Below are positions 29,120 to 41,453 of a stretch of 64,000 bases of DNA, one piece after another. Source of the DNA: Gammaproteobacteria bacterium (GTDB lineage: Bacteria; Pseudomonadota; Gammaproteobacteria; Steroidobacterales; JABDKV01); NCBI GenBank assembly GCA_029862165.1, contig JAOTXU010000007.1:69695-133694 (forward strand). The letters run 5' to 3'. Numbering within the stretch: the first letter of the stretch is position 1; every line of letters begins with the position of its first letter. The position numbers and the translations under genes are program-made. A model generated the notes under the pieces. That model made no database searches, was not told the DNA's origin, and saw only the letters and a program-made list of their open reading frames with translations.

Positions 29120-29625
29120 TTCTGGTCTTGCGCCGTCAGAATAAAATCACACAGTTCCCGTACCGCACCGCGACCGCCCGGTTTTTTTGTCACCCAGTCA
29201 GCCGCCTGGCGTAAATCCGGATGTGCGTCAGCAACCGCGACCGCAAGACCGGCGCGCTTGAGCATCGGCAGATCAAGGAGATCGTCGCCAATTGCCGCCA
29301 GCTCTTTACGGCCCAGCCCCCCCGCGTGCAACAGTTTGTCCACGATAGCGCCCTTGTCATTACAGCCCAGGTGCACATTGGTGACGCCGAGCTCCTTCAT
29401 GCGCCGCTTAACAGCCTTCGAATTGCGCGCCGAGATTATTGCCGGTTCAATACCAGCCTCAATGAGTCGCCGCAGCCCCAAACCATCGTGGGAGTGGAAG
29501 GCTTTAAGCTCTTCGCCGTCATCGCTGTAATACAGACGGCCGTCGGTCAGCACGCCATCGACATCGATAGCAACCAAGCGGATCGCCGCCGCACGTAATG
29601 CCAGTGTTTTCAAGTTGAATTGCAA
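29116..29625 (-). CDS. kdsC: 3-deoxy-D-manno-octulosonate 8-phosphate phosphatase
   Basis: 169 aa with the HAD motif I (AIDVDGVLTDG) and IGDDLLDLPM. Confidence 0.9.
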   Translation of the reverse strand: MQFNLKTLALRAAAIRLVAIDVDGVLTDGRLYYSDDGEELKAFHSHDGLGLRRLIEAGIEPAIISARNSKAVKRRMKELGVTNVHLGCNDKGAIVDKLLHAGGLGRKELAAIGDDLLDLPMLKRAGLAVAVADAHPDLRQAADWVTKKPGGRGAVRELCDFILTAQDQK

Positions 29626-29638
29626 GCTGCGATTCGCC

Positions 29639-30640
29639 TTACATCACACCAGCACGAAACAGGTCGTGGATGTTCAGGGCGCCAACCAGATGTTGATTTT
29701 CATCGACTACCAATAACCCAGTGATCTTGTGTGATTCGATCAGGCTGACCGCTTCGGACGCAAGCATGGTAGGCGTTGCCGTTTTGCAGTTGCCAGTCAT
29801 TAATTCTGAGATAGGCGTCTCGTGTATATCCACTGGCTGATCAAGCGTACGGCGCAAATCACCGTCGGTAAAAACCCCCGCCACACTACCGTCGCTATTA
29901 ACAATTCCGGTCATACCGAGCCCCTTTGCTGTCATCTCGAGTAAGGCGTCTTTTAGAGAAGTATCAACCAACACCTGTGGGATGGCGCTGCCTGTATGCA
30001 TTACGTCCTCTACCCGCACTAGCAGCCGCCGGCCGAGACGACCACCAGGGTGTGAGCGTGCAAAATCCTCGGCAGTAAATCCACGTGCTTCGAGTAACGA
30101 TAATGCCAGCGCGTCACCGGTAGCGAGTGTTGCGGTTGTGCTCGCGGTGGGCGCAAGATTGAGCGGACATGCTTCTTCAGCGACACTGACATCGAGATTG
30201 ACCGTTGCCGACGTGGCAAGCGTCGAATTCGGTTTACCGGTCAGTGTAATCAAGGGCGCGGCCAGTCTTCTGATCAGCGGCAACAGTATTACCAACTCGG
30301 CGGTTTCGCCGGAGTTGGATACAGCGATGACTACATCTTCTGTAGTAATCATCCCCACGTCGCCGTGACTGGCTTCACCAGGATGCAGAAAAAACGCCGG
30401 ACTGCCGGTGCTGGCAAGCGTGGATGCAATTTTGCCGGCGATGTGGCCCGACTTGCCAATGCCGGTGACAGCGATACGACCGCGACAATTCAGACACAGA
30501 CTGCACGCCTCGACGAATTCGTCTCCAACCCGGCTTTCCAGTTGCTTGACGGCCTGGGCTTCGACCGCAAGCACACGCCGGGCCATCGCTATAATCTGCA
30601 GCGGATCCGGTAGCGTCTGTTTTCCTGCTGGTTGGCTCAT
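29639..30640 (-). CDS. kdsD: arabinose-5-phosphate isomerase
   Basis: 333 aa with a SIS domain (GIGKSGHIAGKIASTLASTG) plus C-terminal tandem CBS. Confidence 0.9.
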   Translation of the reverse strand: MSQPAGKQTLPDPLQIIAMARRVLAVEAQAVKQLESRVGDEFVEACSLCLNCRGRIAVTGIGKSGHIAGKIASTLASTGSPAFFLHPGEASHGDVGMITTEDVVIAVSNSGETAELVILLPLIRRLAAPLITLTGKPNSTLATSATVNLDVSVAEEACPLNLAPTASTTATLATGDALALSLLEARGFTAEDFARSHPGGRLGRRLLVRVEDVMHTGSAIPQVLVDTSLKDALLEMTAKGLGMTGIVNSDGSVAGVFTDGDLRRTLDQPVDIHETPISELMTGNCKTATPTMLASEAVSLIESHKITGLLVVDENQHLVGALNIHDLFRAGVM

Positions 30641-31602
30641 AAACTTCCAGAGATGACAAAACCCATATAGCCGAAAAAGGCCAAAACCAGCGCCGCGCCC
30701 TCCGAGCGCTTGATGTTGCCTTCACCACCAATATTGTAAGCCATTGCGAAAAGGGCGATCGTCAGGCCGATCAGAACCAGAAAATCCCGGGTTAATACCT
30801 CCCGTTCGAAATCGGTCGGTGCGATGGCGCCCGCAACTCCAAGCACTGCCAGCAGGTTGTACATATTTGATCCAATGACATTGCCGATGGCCAGGTCATG
30901 GTGATTTTTTAACGCTGCGGTAAGCGATGCCGCCAGTTCCGGTAACGAAGTTCCCAACGCAACGATAGTCAAGCCGATGACCAGGTTGCTAACGCCCAAT
31001 TCTTTGGCGACATGAGTTGCAGCCCATACCAGCATATGCGAACTCGCCAGCAAAATAATTAAGCCAACGAGTAACATTCCAATTGCGGAGTACATAGTCA
31101 TGTCGGCTCGGATTTCCTGCTCGAGCTCGGCTGCCATGGGATCACCAACACTGGATTCAAGTTCGACTCGCACCAGCCAGTACATCATCAGTCCCAATCC
31201 ACCCAGCAAGGCAAAGCCCTCTGGGCGACTGAGATTCAGATCGAGGAAAGGCAGCAGCGTCAGCATGGTCACCGCAAGCAGCACCGGCAGCTCGCGACGC
31301 AAGGTCTGTGAACGGACGCGCAGTGGCTGCACCAGCGCCGTAATGCCCAGTATCAATGCGATATTGGCAATGTTTGAGCCGATGGCGTTGCCGATAGCGA
31401 GGGTCGGGTTGCCGGAAGCGGCAGCATTGATCGAGACTAGGATTTCCGGAGCAGAAGTGCCAAATCCTACGACCGTAAGCCCGATAAGCAGGTTGGAGAC
31501 ACCAAGGTTATGGGCAGTTGCGGCAGCACCGACCACAAAGCGATTCGCACCCCAGACCAGGAGCAGGAATCCAGCAATGATGGCCGCAGCATAAATAAGC
31601 AT
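30637..31602 (-). CDS. yrbG: Ca2+/Na+ antiporter family membrane protein
   Basis: Track ORF 30637-31854 trimmed to ATG 31602 (MLIYAAAIIAGFLLLVWGANRFV), giving 321 aa. Two alpha-repeats are present (GTSAPE / GTSLPE). The upstream 84 codons are Arg/Ser-rich and overlap ibaG. Confidence 0.85.
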   Translation of the reverse strand: MLIYAAAIIAGFLLLVWGANRFVVGAAATAHNLGVSNLLIGLTVVGFGTSAPEILVSINAAASGNPTLAIGNAIGSNIANIALILGITALVQPLRVRSQTLRRELPVLLAVTMLTLLPFLDLNLSRPEGFALLGGLGLMMYWLVRVELESSVGDPMAAELEQEIRADMTMYSAIGMLLVGLIILLASSHMLVWAATHVAKELGVSNLVIGLTIVALGTSLPELAASLTAALKNHHDLAIGNVIGSNMYNLLAVLGVAGAIAPTDFEREVLTRDFLVLIGLTIALFAMAYNIGGEGNIKRSEGAALVLAFFGYMGFVISGSL

Positions 31603-31720
31603 CTTGGATGTGTTTGTCCACCGGGGTGGTGTATGGGGAACGATAGCATACGGCGAATTTCGCCTGATCGTGGATTCTTTAATATGATGCTCTTCCAGTC
31701 CCAGATGCCGAGTAGACCTG

Positions 31721-31957
31721 ATGGACCCTGTAGAAGTTGAAGCGCTCATTCGCGTGGCAATGCCGGATGCCACGATCTCGGTTCGAAGCCCCGACGGGCG
31801 GCATTTCGAGGCCCTGGTTATCAGCGAAGTGTTTGACGGCAAGCGCACAATCACGCGGCACCGGGCCGTTTACGACGCATTGGGTGAGCTCGTCGGGCGT
31901 GAGATTCATGCGCTTTCGCTGCGCACGCTGACGCCATCCGAGGCGGATGCGGAATAA
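31721..31957 (+). CDS. ibaG: BolA-family protein IbaG
   Basis: 78 aa (...HFEALVISEVFDGKRTITRHRAVYDAL...IHALSLRTLTP). Lies directly upstream of murA, as in E. coli. Confidence 0.85.
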   Translation: MDPVEVEALIRVAMPDATISVRSPDGRHFEALVISEVFDGKRTITRHRAVYDALGELVGREIHALSLRTLTPSEADAE

Positions 31958-33223
<1,266 letters not shown>

Positions 33224-33289
33224 AGTGACTATGTGTATAATTCCGGGCGCTTTCACACCGTTCCCAATACCAAAACGGATGCCCCAGGA

Positions 33290-33886
33290 ATGTCGGTAAC
33301 TTCGGATGATCTCGACCACGGCAGACGTCACTTTCTGACACTCGCGACGAGTTTAGCCGGCGGTGTTGGTGTAGTGGCAACAGCCATACCCTTTTTATCT
33401 TCTTTCAGACCCAGCGCACGCGCACGCGCACTGGGCGCGCCAGTTGAAGTTGATATCAGCAAACTCGAACCAGGCGCACTGATAAAAGTCGAGTGGCGTG
33501 GTCAGCCAGTCTATGTGCTTAGTCGCACCGAAGAGGCGTTGGCGACGTTGGCGACGCTAGAAGCGACGGTGCGCGATCCACTTTCTGAACAAGCACAACA
33601 GCCAGGCTACGCGCAGAATCAACATCGTTCGATGCGTCCCGAAATATTTGTGATGATTGGCGTGTGTACTCATCTGGGCTGTGCGCCGGCGTTTCGACCT
33701 GATGTTGCACCAGTTGATCTGGGGCCCGATTGGCTCGGCGGCTTTTTCTGCCCGTGTCATGGATCGAAGTTTGATCTTGCCGGCCGTGTTTACGATGGTA
33801 TGCCGGCGCAGTTGAACCTGACAGTGCCACCGCATCGATTTCTCAACGACTCAACTTTGTTAATCGGCGATGAGGGCTTGGGCTAA
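33290..33886 (+). CDS. petA: ubiquinol-cytochrome c reductase Rieske iron-sulfur subunit
   Basis: Tat motif GRRHFL and Rieske boxes CTHLGC and CPCHGS. I trimmed the start from track GTG 33233 to ATG 33290. Confidence 0.9.
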   Translation: MSVTSDDLDHGRRHFLTLATSLAGGVGVVATAIPFLSSFRPSARARALGAPVEVDISKLEPGALIKVEWRGQPVYVLSRTEEALATLATLEATVRDPLSEQAQQPGYAQNQHRSMRPEIFVMIGVCTHLGCAPAFRPDVAPVDLGPDWLGGFFCPCHGSKFDLAGRVYDGMPAQLNLTVPPHRFLNDSTLLIGDEGLG

Positions 33887-35145
33887 TGGCACAGGTTGGT
33901 GTAATCGATCGTTTGAGCCAGAGCCTCAAGTCCATAGGCTATTGGGTCGATGTGCGTTTTCCGATCGGCAAGATGTGGCGCGAGCACATGGCCGAGTATT
34001 ACGCACCCAAGAATTTCAATTTCTGGTATTACTTTGGTTCTCTCGCGCTAGTCGTTCTGGTTCTACAGATCGTCACCGGCATCTTTCTGACCATGAACTA
34101 CAAGCCCTCGGCAGCGGACGCGTTTGCATCGGTCGAGTACATAATGCGCGATGTTCCATGGGGGTGGCTGATTCGCTATATGCACGCGGTCGGCGCATCG
34201 TTTTTCTTTATTACGGTGTATCTGCATATGTTTCGCGGCCTGATGTACGGTTCTTACCGCAGGCCGCGCGAACTCGTTTGGATTCTCGGTATGTTTATTT
34301 ACCTGGCGCTGATGGCCGAAGCGTTTATGGGTTACCTGTTGCCGTGGGGCCAGATGTCTTATTGGGGTGCCCAGGTCATTGTCTCCTTGTTCGGCGCCAT
34401 TCCCGTGATCGGAGACGGCTTGTCGGAGTGGATACGTGGCGACTATTACATCTCCGATATCACACTCAATCGGTTCTTCTCATTCCACGTTATTGCCGTG
34501 CCGCTTATACTGCTGGCGCTGGTGGTAATGCACATACTGGCTTTGCACGAAGTGGGCTCCCTTAATCCCGACGGCGTGGAAATAAAAAAGAAAAAGGGGC
34601 CCGATGGAATCCCGTTGGATGGCATACCGTTTCATCCCTACTACACCGTTAAAGACATCGTGGGCGTGGCGGTGTTCGCCATGGCGTTCTGTGCGATTGT
34701 GTTTTTTGCGCCGGAGTTTTTCGGTATGTTCCTTGAGCATGCCAATTTTGAACCGGCCGATCCGTTAAAAACACCCGATCATATCGCGCCCGTTTGGTAC
34801 TTTACGCCGTTCTACGCTATTTTGCGCGCCATACCGAACAAGCTTGGCGGCGTGGTGCTTATGGGTATGGCCATTGTCATGTTGTTCCTGCTCCCCTGGT
34901 TGGATCGCAGCCCGGTTCGGTCGATTCGCTATAAAGGATTGATATTCAAGATTGCTTTGACGATTTTTGCGATTAGTTTCGTCATGCTGGGTTACTTGGG
35001 GTTACAGCCAGCAACACCCACATTTGTCATGTTTGCGCGCGTTTGCACTTTTCTTTATTTTGGTTTTTTCATTTTCATGCCGTTTTATTCCCGTTGGGAC
35101 AAAACGAAACCCGTGCCGGACAGAGTGACGTTCCATCATGAATAG
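33886..35145 (+). CDS. petB: cytochrome b
   Basis: 419 aa multi-TM protein with NFNFWYYFGSLAL, the conserved His pairs and the PEWYF-like PVWYFTPFYAILR. Confidence 0.95.
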   Translation: MAQVGVIDRLSQSLKSIGYWVDVRFPIGKMWREHMAEYYAPKNFNFWYYFGSLALVVLVLQIVTGIFLTMNYKPSAADAFASVEYIMRDVPWGWLIRYMHAVGASFFFITVYLHMFRGLMYGSYRRPRELVWILGMFIYLALMAEAFMGYLLPWGQMSYWGAQVIVSLFGAIPVIGDGLSEWIRGDYYISDITLNRFFSFHVIAVPLILLALVVMHILALHEVGSLNPDGVEIKKKKGPDGIPLDGIPFHPYYTVKDIVGVAVFAMAFCAIVFFAPEFFGMFLEHANFEPADPLKTPDHIAPVWYFTPFYAILRAIPNKLGGVVLMGMAIVMLFLLPWLDRSPVRSIRYKGLIFKIALTIFAISFVMLGYLGLQPATPTFVMFARVCTFLYFGFFIFMPFYSRWDKTKPVPDRVTFHHE

Positions 35146-35881
35146 GCTTGCCTGGTTCTTGATCTTTGCGCTGGCCGCGCCTGGCGTTTTGGCCTCGGGT
35201 GGTGAGGGTGGTCTCATGCTGTCTGCACACAACGACGTGGGGAACATCAGTTCATTGCAGCGCGGCGCACGTAACTTCGTCAACTATTGCTTGGGGTGCC
35301 ACTCCGCAAAATTCGTTCGTTACAACCGGGTTGCAAGAGATCTGGGTATTACTGAATCGGATCTGGCCGAGAATCTAATGTGGACGGCGGAAAAACCGCA
35401 CGAAACGATGCAGGTTGCCATGCCGGCAGCAGATTCAACGCGGTGGTTTGGTCGCGTCCCGCCGGATATGTCTCTGATAGCTCGCAGCCGTGGTGTTGAT
35501 TGGTTATATACCTACCTCAAGTCGTTTTACGTCGATGAGGGAGCGACCTTTGGCTCGAATAATATCGTGTTGCCAGGTCTGACCATGCCGAATGTGTTGT
35601 GGCAACTGGAAGGCACGAAAGAGGCAATCGTGGAAGAGACGGTTGACCACGATGGCAACAAACATGACACAATTGTCGGCTTCCGGGCGCTGACGGCCGG
35701 CACTATGAGCGAAGAGGAATTCGATCATTTCGTGACCGATTTGGTCAATTTCCTGGACTATATGGGTGAGCCCATGCAACTGAAGCGTCAAAGCCTGGGT
35801 ATAAGGGTGATAGCCTATCTGCTGGTATTCTTCCTGCTGGCACTTGCACTGAAGAAGGAATTCTGGAAAGACGTGCACTAG
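35138..35881 (+). CDS. petC: cytochrome c1
   Basis: 247 aa with a signal peptide, the heme site CLGCHS and a C-terminal TM anchor. Overlaps the petB stop by 8 nt. Confidence 0.9.
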   Translation: MNRLAWFLIFALAAPGVLASGGEGGLMLSAHNDVGNISSLQRGARNFVNYCLGCHSAKFVRYNRVARDLGITESDLAENLMWTAEKPHETMQVAMPAADSTRWFGRVPPDMSLIARSRGVDWLYTYLKSFYVDEGATFGSNNIVLPGLTMPNVLWQLEGTKEAIVEETVDHDGNKHDTIVGFRALTAGTMSEEEFDHFVTDLVNFLDYMGEPMQLKRQSLGIRVIAYLLVFFLLALALKKEFWKDVH

Positions 35882-35931
35882 TCGGCACTCCGGTTTGAAC
35901 CGGTCTATTCATTGGATCTGAGGAGAGGTTA

Positions 35932-36567
35932 ATGGCAGTGGTTGCCAATCGGCGGTCTGTGATGACATTGTTTTCCCGCCCGACGTGTCCCTACAGTCAC
36001 CGGGTGCGCATCGTTCTGGCGGAGAAAAACATCAATGTCGAAATTGTCGATGTTGAGGGCGCGAATTTGTCTGAAGACCTGCTCGATCTGAATCCCTACA
36101 ACAGTGTACCGACACTCGTCGACCGGGATCTGGTTTTGTACGACTCACGCGTTATTGTCGAGTATCTCGATGAGCGTTTTCCGCACCCGCCATTGATGCC
36201 GGTGGATCCGGTCACCCGGGCTCAGTTTCGTCTTGCTTTGTATCGGATCGAGCGCGATTGGTATGGATTGGTGGACGATTTGGAGGGCGCATCAGACAAG
36301 GGGACAAAGCGGGCATCCAAGGCGCGCAGGATTCTTCGCGACAGTATTCTTTCAAGCGCCGAGGTGTTCGGTGCCAAGAATTTCTTTATTAGCGACGAAT
36401 TCTCACTGGTCGACGCGACAATTGCACCAATCATCTGGCGCTTGCCACACTACGGGATAGAGTTACCCGATCCGCAGGGCAAGGCGATAGCGAAGTATGA
36501 GGACCGTGTATTCGCGAGGCCATCCTTCCAGGCCAGCCTTACTGAACTGGAGCGCGAACTCCACTGA
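35932..36567 (+). CDS. sspA: stringent starvation protein A
   Basis: 211-aa GST-like protein (MTLFSRPTCPYSHRVRIVLAEK) with a GAGGAGAGG SD, followed by sspB. Confidence 0.9.
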   Translation: MAVVANRRSVMTLFSRPTCPYSHRVRIVLAEKNINVEIVDVEGANLSEDLLDLNPYNSVPTLVDRDLVLYDSRVIVEYLDERFPHPPLMPVDPVTRAQFRLALYRIERDWYGLVDDLEGASDKGTKRASKARRILRDSILSSAEVFGAKNFFISDEFSLVDATIAPIIWRLPHYGIELPDPQGKAIAKYEDRVFARPSFQASLTELERELH

Positions 36568-36596
36568 GGGTTTTGCGCATGGCGGGCGTTTGCCGT

Positions 36597-36995
36597 ATGC
36601 CTACTTCGAGAAAGCCTTATCTGATCCGCGCGATGCATGAGTGGATCTGTGACAATGATCTTACGCCTCACATCGTTATTGATGCGAGCGTCGAAGGTGT
36701 TTCAGTGCCCCGCGATAAGGTCACCGACGGCAAACTGATTCTCAATATCGGTAACCGGGCGACTGAGGCGTTGCACCTTGGCAACGAAACAATAAGCTTC
36801 GCGACGCGGTTTGCGGGCACGATTCAATCGGTGCGCCTGCCCTGTAGCGCAATACTCGGTATCTATGCTCACGAAACCGGCGAAGGCATGATTTTCACTG
36901 ATGATTCCGGTGATGTCGGTGGTCCGGACAAAGGACCGGGTGGTGGCGATCTGCCGCCGGAACCGAGCCGGCCAAAATTGAAGGTCGTGAAGTAG
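36597..36995 (+). CDS. sspB: ClpXP adaptor SspB
   Basis: RKPYLIRAMHEWICDNDLTPHIVID matches the SspB N-terminus, and the C-terminal tail is RPKLKVVK. I trimmed the start to ATG 36597 from track TTG 36573. Confidence 0.9.
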   Translation: MPTSRKPYLIRAMHEWICDNDLTPHIVIDASVEGVSVPRDKVTDGKLILNIGNRATEALHLGNETISFATRFAGTIQSVRLPCSAILGIYAHETGEGMIFTDDSGDVGGPDKGPGGGDLPPEPSRPKLKVVK

Positions 36996-37027
36996 ACTTT
37001 GGTTCGCGGCTGCAAGCCGCTCGCACA

Positions 37028-37987
<960 letters not shown>

Positions 37988-37991
<4 letters not shown>

Positions 37992-39955
37992 GGACTCCCG
38001 CTGCCGCCGGGCAATACCGGTTCTGTAGTCGTCTTGTCAGCCTCCGAGTTCGCATCCGCCGTGGCTGTTTCCAGCTGCGGCAACGGAGCTGGCATCCCGT
38101 TTTCGATTCGCGCTAATGCCGGGTGGCGAAAGACGCGGCCACCAGCATGCAGGCTGAGTTCGCCGGTCATTCCACGAAGTTCCAGTGGTGCATCCTTTGC
38201 GGCGGCGAGTAGTGGCACGAGGCGCCAGGCGTCATAACCCATCGCGTACAGGGATGAGCGGTGTTGCGCCCGGGCTGGCCAGTATCGACTTATTGTTGAG
38301 CGTAGTTTTTCCGTATCGGGATCGGGCGAGATTTCCCAGGGTGTGGCGGCAAATATCAGGCCGTTCACATCTCGATTGAGTTCGGCGTCCGGACTGAATG
38401 CCGCGGCCGTGGCAAAAACCGGCAGCGCCGTGGCGTAGTTTTGAAAACGCAATTGTGGACGTATCAGCCGTGCCTGACGCGGCTGCGCCGCGACAAAAAC
38501 AAAATCCACGTCCTGTCTCCGTCGAGGCTCAAACTCCATCGTCCGGCCAATTGCTGCCACGAGCGCGCGATTGCGGGAATAACTACGGTCCAGGTGCAGA
38601 ATCGGTTGAATAACCGAAGAGAAATCGGTTGCGTCGGGGAGGTAGAGGCTGTGCGTCAGCAGTTTTCCCCCCAGCCCTTCGAGCTCTGTAGCGAAAGCAT
38701 CAAGCAAGCGTCGGCCCCAATCGGTGTCGGGTACGATGGCTACAGCACTGCGCAAGCCTTCAGCAACCGCCCGTTGAGCCACCCGACTGGCTTCATGTTC
38801 CGGCGCAAGCGCGAACTGATAAAAATTCGATGGCGTGCGAGATTCCGTGGGCAGGTAATTGAGAGCCAGCGTCGGCGGTCCGGCCGGTGCAAGCTGGGCG
38901 ACTTCGGCGACCTCGTCCTTTACCAGCGGACCAACGATGAAATCAGCGCCCTCTGCGATGGCGACCCGATAAGCTTCCTTGGCACCGAGTTCGGCTGTGT
39001 CGTACACAACGATCTCCATGCCGGCTATTGCATCGCCGTAGTCAAAGTATGCCGCGATGAAACCGTCACGCAATGCGGCGCCGGCGCCCTCGAGTCGTCC
39101 GGTTTGTGGTAACAACAGCGCGACGCGTTCAGGAATACGCAGCGTCCCGGCATCGCCGAGCATGTCCGGTAGCAACAAGGTATTCGCCGGGTGTGTAGGC
39201 CATGTATTGCGCCAGCGCAAGAGTGCCGCCCGTTCGGCCAGAGCGTCACCCGCTGTGTCACTGACGGCGTTGCCCAGATCGAGCCAACCTGCCAACACCG
39301 GGTCGGCCGTATCCGCAATGACTGCCGTGCCACCGCTACGCAAGCCTTCGAGAATCAGCCGCTGATTTGCCAAAATTGCCGAAGGATTATCGAGCCAGAG
39401 TTCGCGTTCCATAAGTGTCTCGACCGCTCGGTCCGGCTGTTCCAGCGTAAACCAGGCTCGCGCCCCAACGGCCAGCGCGTCGGAAGCAATCTGTCGCGGC
39501 GCGTCGGCGGGCAAATTTCGCAGACGCGCCAAAGCATCGCGCGGGGCTCCGGTTTCGACCTCGATTGCGGCAGCCAGAAGTTGCAACGCTGGTTCCAGTT
39601 GCGCCGGAAATGGACGGCGCACCGAACGCATGTTGTGCAGTGCGCGGGTACTTTCGCCAGCCAGATACCAGCTCTCGGCAGCCGCCATCAAATAGCGATT
39701 GCGCTGTGATGCGACACCACGTGCAGCCAGTCGTTCGTAGGTCTGCGCGGCGGCACGGTAGCTGCCTGCCTCCTGTTGTGAGCGGGCCCGGTCTTCCAGT
39801 CTGGCAGGATCGTCGCGTAGACCAGGCGTCTCACAGCCGGCGCCAAAAACGAGCACGCAGCAAATGAATGCTTGAACGGCGAGCAGGCGGCGAGGCAGGA
39901 TGGAATGGGGAATATGCACTGGTAGAAGTGTCTGGGGTCGAGAAGACAGTGTCAA
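37988..39955 (-). CDS. lpoA: penicillin-binding protein activator LpoA
   Basis: About 650 aa, with a lipoprotein-type signal ...CCVLVFGAGC, an N-terminal TPR-like region and a C-terminal periplasmic-binding-protein-like region. Lies divergent from rsmI. The start is TTG 39955 or GTG 39919. Confidence 0.8.
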
Positions 39956-40809
39956 CTGAAACGGGTCTGCTGTATGTCGTTGCTACACCCATCGGCAATC
40001 TTGGGGATTTGAGTACGCGTGTGGGCGAGACTTTGCGCGCCGTAGGACTGATTGCCGCGGAGGATACCCGGCACACTCAACGGCTGCTCGATCACATTGG
40101 CATCGATACGCCAATGATTTCCCTGCATGAACACAACGAGCGCGAACGCAGCGATGACATAGTCCGGCGACTGCAAGGTGGCGTGTCCGTTGCGTTGGTT
40201 TCTGACGCAGGTACGCCTCTGATCAGCGACCCAGGTTTTCGGTTGGTTCGATCCGCACGGGCTGCCGGGATCGAATTGAGATCTCTGCCGGGACCCTGTG
40301 CGGCGGTGGCAGCATTGAGTATCGCCGGTTTGCCGACAGACCGTTTCGTATTCGAGGGGTTTCTTGCGCAGAAGGAGGGTGCGAGACGTACGCAACTTGA
40401 GGCATTGGCGAATGAGCCGCGTACGATTATTTTTTATGTGGCACCGCGTCGTCTGGCAGCTGAATTGCAGAGTGTCGCTGAGATCCTCGGTCACGATCGG
40501 CCGGCCGTGTTGGCGCGTGAATTGACCAAGGTGTTCGAAAGTTCCTACGACGGCACATTGGGCGACTTGCTCGAACGTTGTCACGTTGATTCCTCAATGC
40601 ACAAGGGGGAGATGGTGCTCCTGGTGGCTGGCGCTGAGGAGTCAGATGACATCAGTGCCGCAGACGTTTTGCTCAACGCTTTGCTCACGGAGTTACCGTT
40701 GAAAACCGCTGTTGATATTGCTGCCCGTACGAGCAAACTGCCGCGCAATACTCTCTACAAACGTGCTTTGGAAATCCAGTCGGAAAACTCGGTGAACGGG
40801 CAAGAATAA
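39928..40809 (+). CDS. rsmI: 16S rRNA (cytidine1402-2'-O)-methyltransferase
   Basis: LYVVATPIGNLGDLS, IAAEDTRHT and SDAGTPLISDPG. The track start ATG 39868 gives 34 aa before LYVV versus 14 in E. coli. GTG 39928 or GTG 39949 is more likely, but the start is unresolved. Confidence 0.85.
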   Translation: MSGVEKTVSTETGLLYVVATPIGNLGDLSTRVGETLRAVGLIAAEDTRHTQRLLDHIGIDTPMISLHEHNERERSDDIVRRLQGGVSVALVSDAGTPLISDPGFRLVRSARAAGIELRSLPGPCAAVAALSIAGLPTDRFVFEGFLAQKEGARRTQLEALANEPRTIIFYVAPRRLAAELQSVAEILGHDRPAVLARELTKVFESSYDGTLGDLLERCHVDSSMHKGEMVLLVAGAEESDDISAADVLLNALLTELPLKTAVDIAARTSKLPRNTLYKRALEIQSENSVNGQE

Positions 40810-40818
40810 TCGGTACGG

Positions 40819-40864
40819 ATGGGGTCAGAGTACATTTCCAATAGGAAATGTACTCTGACCCCAT
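40819..40864. terminator. 21-bp perfect stem-loop between convergent rsmI and rnpB (bidirectional terminator candidate)
   Basis: atGGGGTCAGAGTACATTTCC-aata-GGAAATGTACTCTGACCCCat, with stems at 40819-40839 and 40844-40864. On the + strand it is followed by TTATT. It starts 10 nt after the rsmI stop and about 2 nt after the rnpB 3' end. Confidence 0.7.
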
Positions 40865-40865
40865 T

Positions 40866-41214
40866 TATTGGAGTCGGCCGGTAAGCCGGGTTCTGTCGCG
40901 GACAGCCATTCATCTGGGATGCGCGTCACCGCACACCTCGTGCGACCTACCCGAGAGCCACGCGGGCCACGCGAACACTCTCCTATTTGGTCTTGCTCCA
41001 GGTGGGGTTTACCGTGCCGCGACGTGTTGCCACTCGCGCGGTGCGCTCTTACCGCACCTTTTCACCCTTGCCGGTGCCTAATAGGCACTTGGGCGGTCTG
41101 ATCTCTGTGGCACTTTCCGTAGGCTCGCGCCCCCCAGGCGTTACCTGGCACCTTGCCCTGTGGAGCCCGGACTTTCCTCGGTACCGAAGCACCGCGACTG
41201 TCTGGCCGACTCCG
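40866..41214 (-). ncRNA. rnpB: RNase P RNA, bacterial type A
   Basis: The minus-strand read GGAGTCGGCCAGACAGTCGCGG...GAGGAAAGTCCGGGCTCCACAGGGCAAGGTGCCAGGTAACGCCTGGGGGG...GGTAAGAGCGCACCGCGC...ACAGAACCCGGCTTACCGGCCGACTCC is colinear with E. coli M1 RNA. The P4 strands are present, and the 10-bp P1 pairs GGAGTCGGCC with GGCCGACTCC. The ends are good to about 5 nt. Confidence 0.93.
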
Positions 41215-41453
41215 CGCCCAATGTACCTATTTTCAGGCAATTTATCCCCCCGCGCTGGGAAACGGGCCGGTCGCCGATCACAACGGCTCTCCATCGATTG
41301 CGCAAGTATGTCCGGATAGCGTAATCCAATGATTTCTCAGGTGTATTGGAAGAAAGTCACACAAGCCACTGATTTGTGAGCAGAGATGACCCCGGAATGC
41401 CCCAGGGCTACCCTAAGTGATTGTGCCTAAAGGTAGTTTTGGCTGTTTTTCGG

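Noticed and set aside
31603-31854. An 84-codon 5' extension of the yrbG ORF overlapping ibaG. Separately, the mlaFEDCB operon that flanks ibaG in E. coli is absent.
   Set aside because: The extension is Ser/Thr/Arg-rich and precedes the natural MLIYAAAIIAG N-terminus. The absence of mla is only a synteny difference and cannot be interpreted from one window.
41146-41160. TGGCAC..TTGC-like string suggestive of a sigma-54 -24/-12 element.
   Set aside because: The GG-to-GC spacing is wrong, and the string is the complement of the conserved GGTGCCAGGTAACGCC segment inside RNase P RNA. No convincing sigma-54 promoter was seen in any intergenic region I checked.
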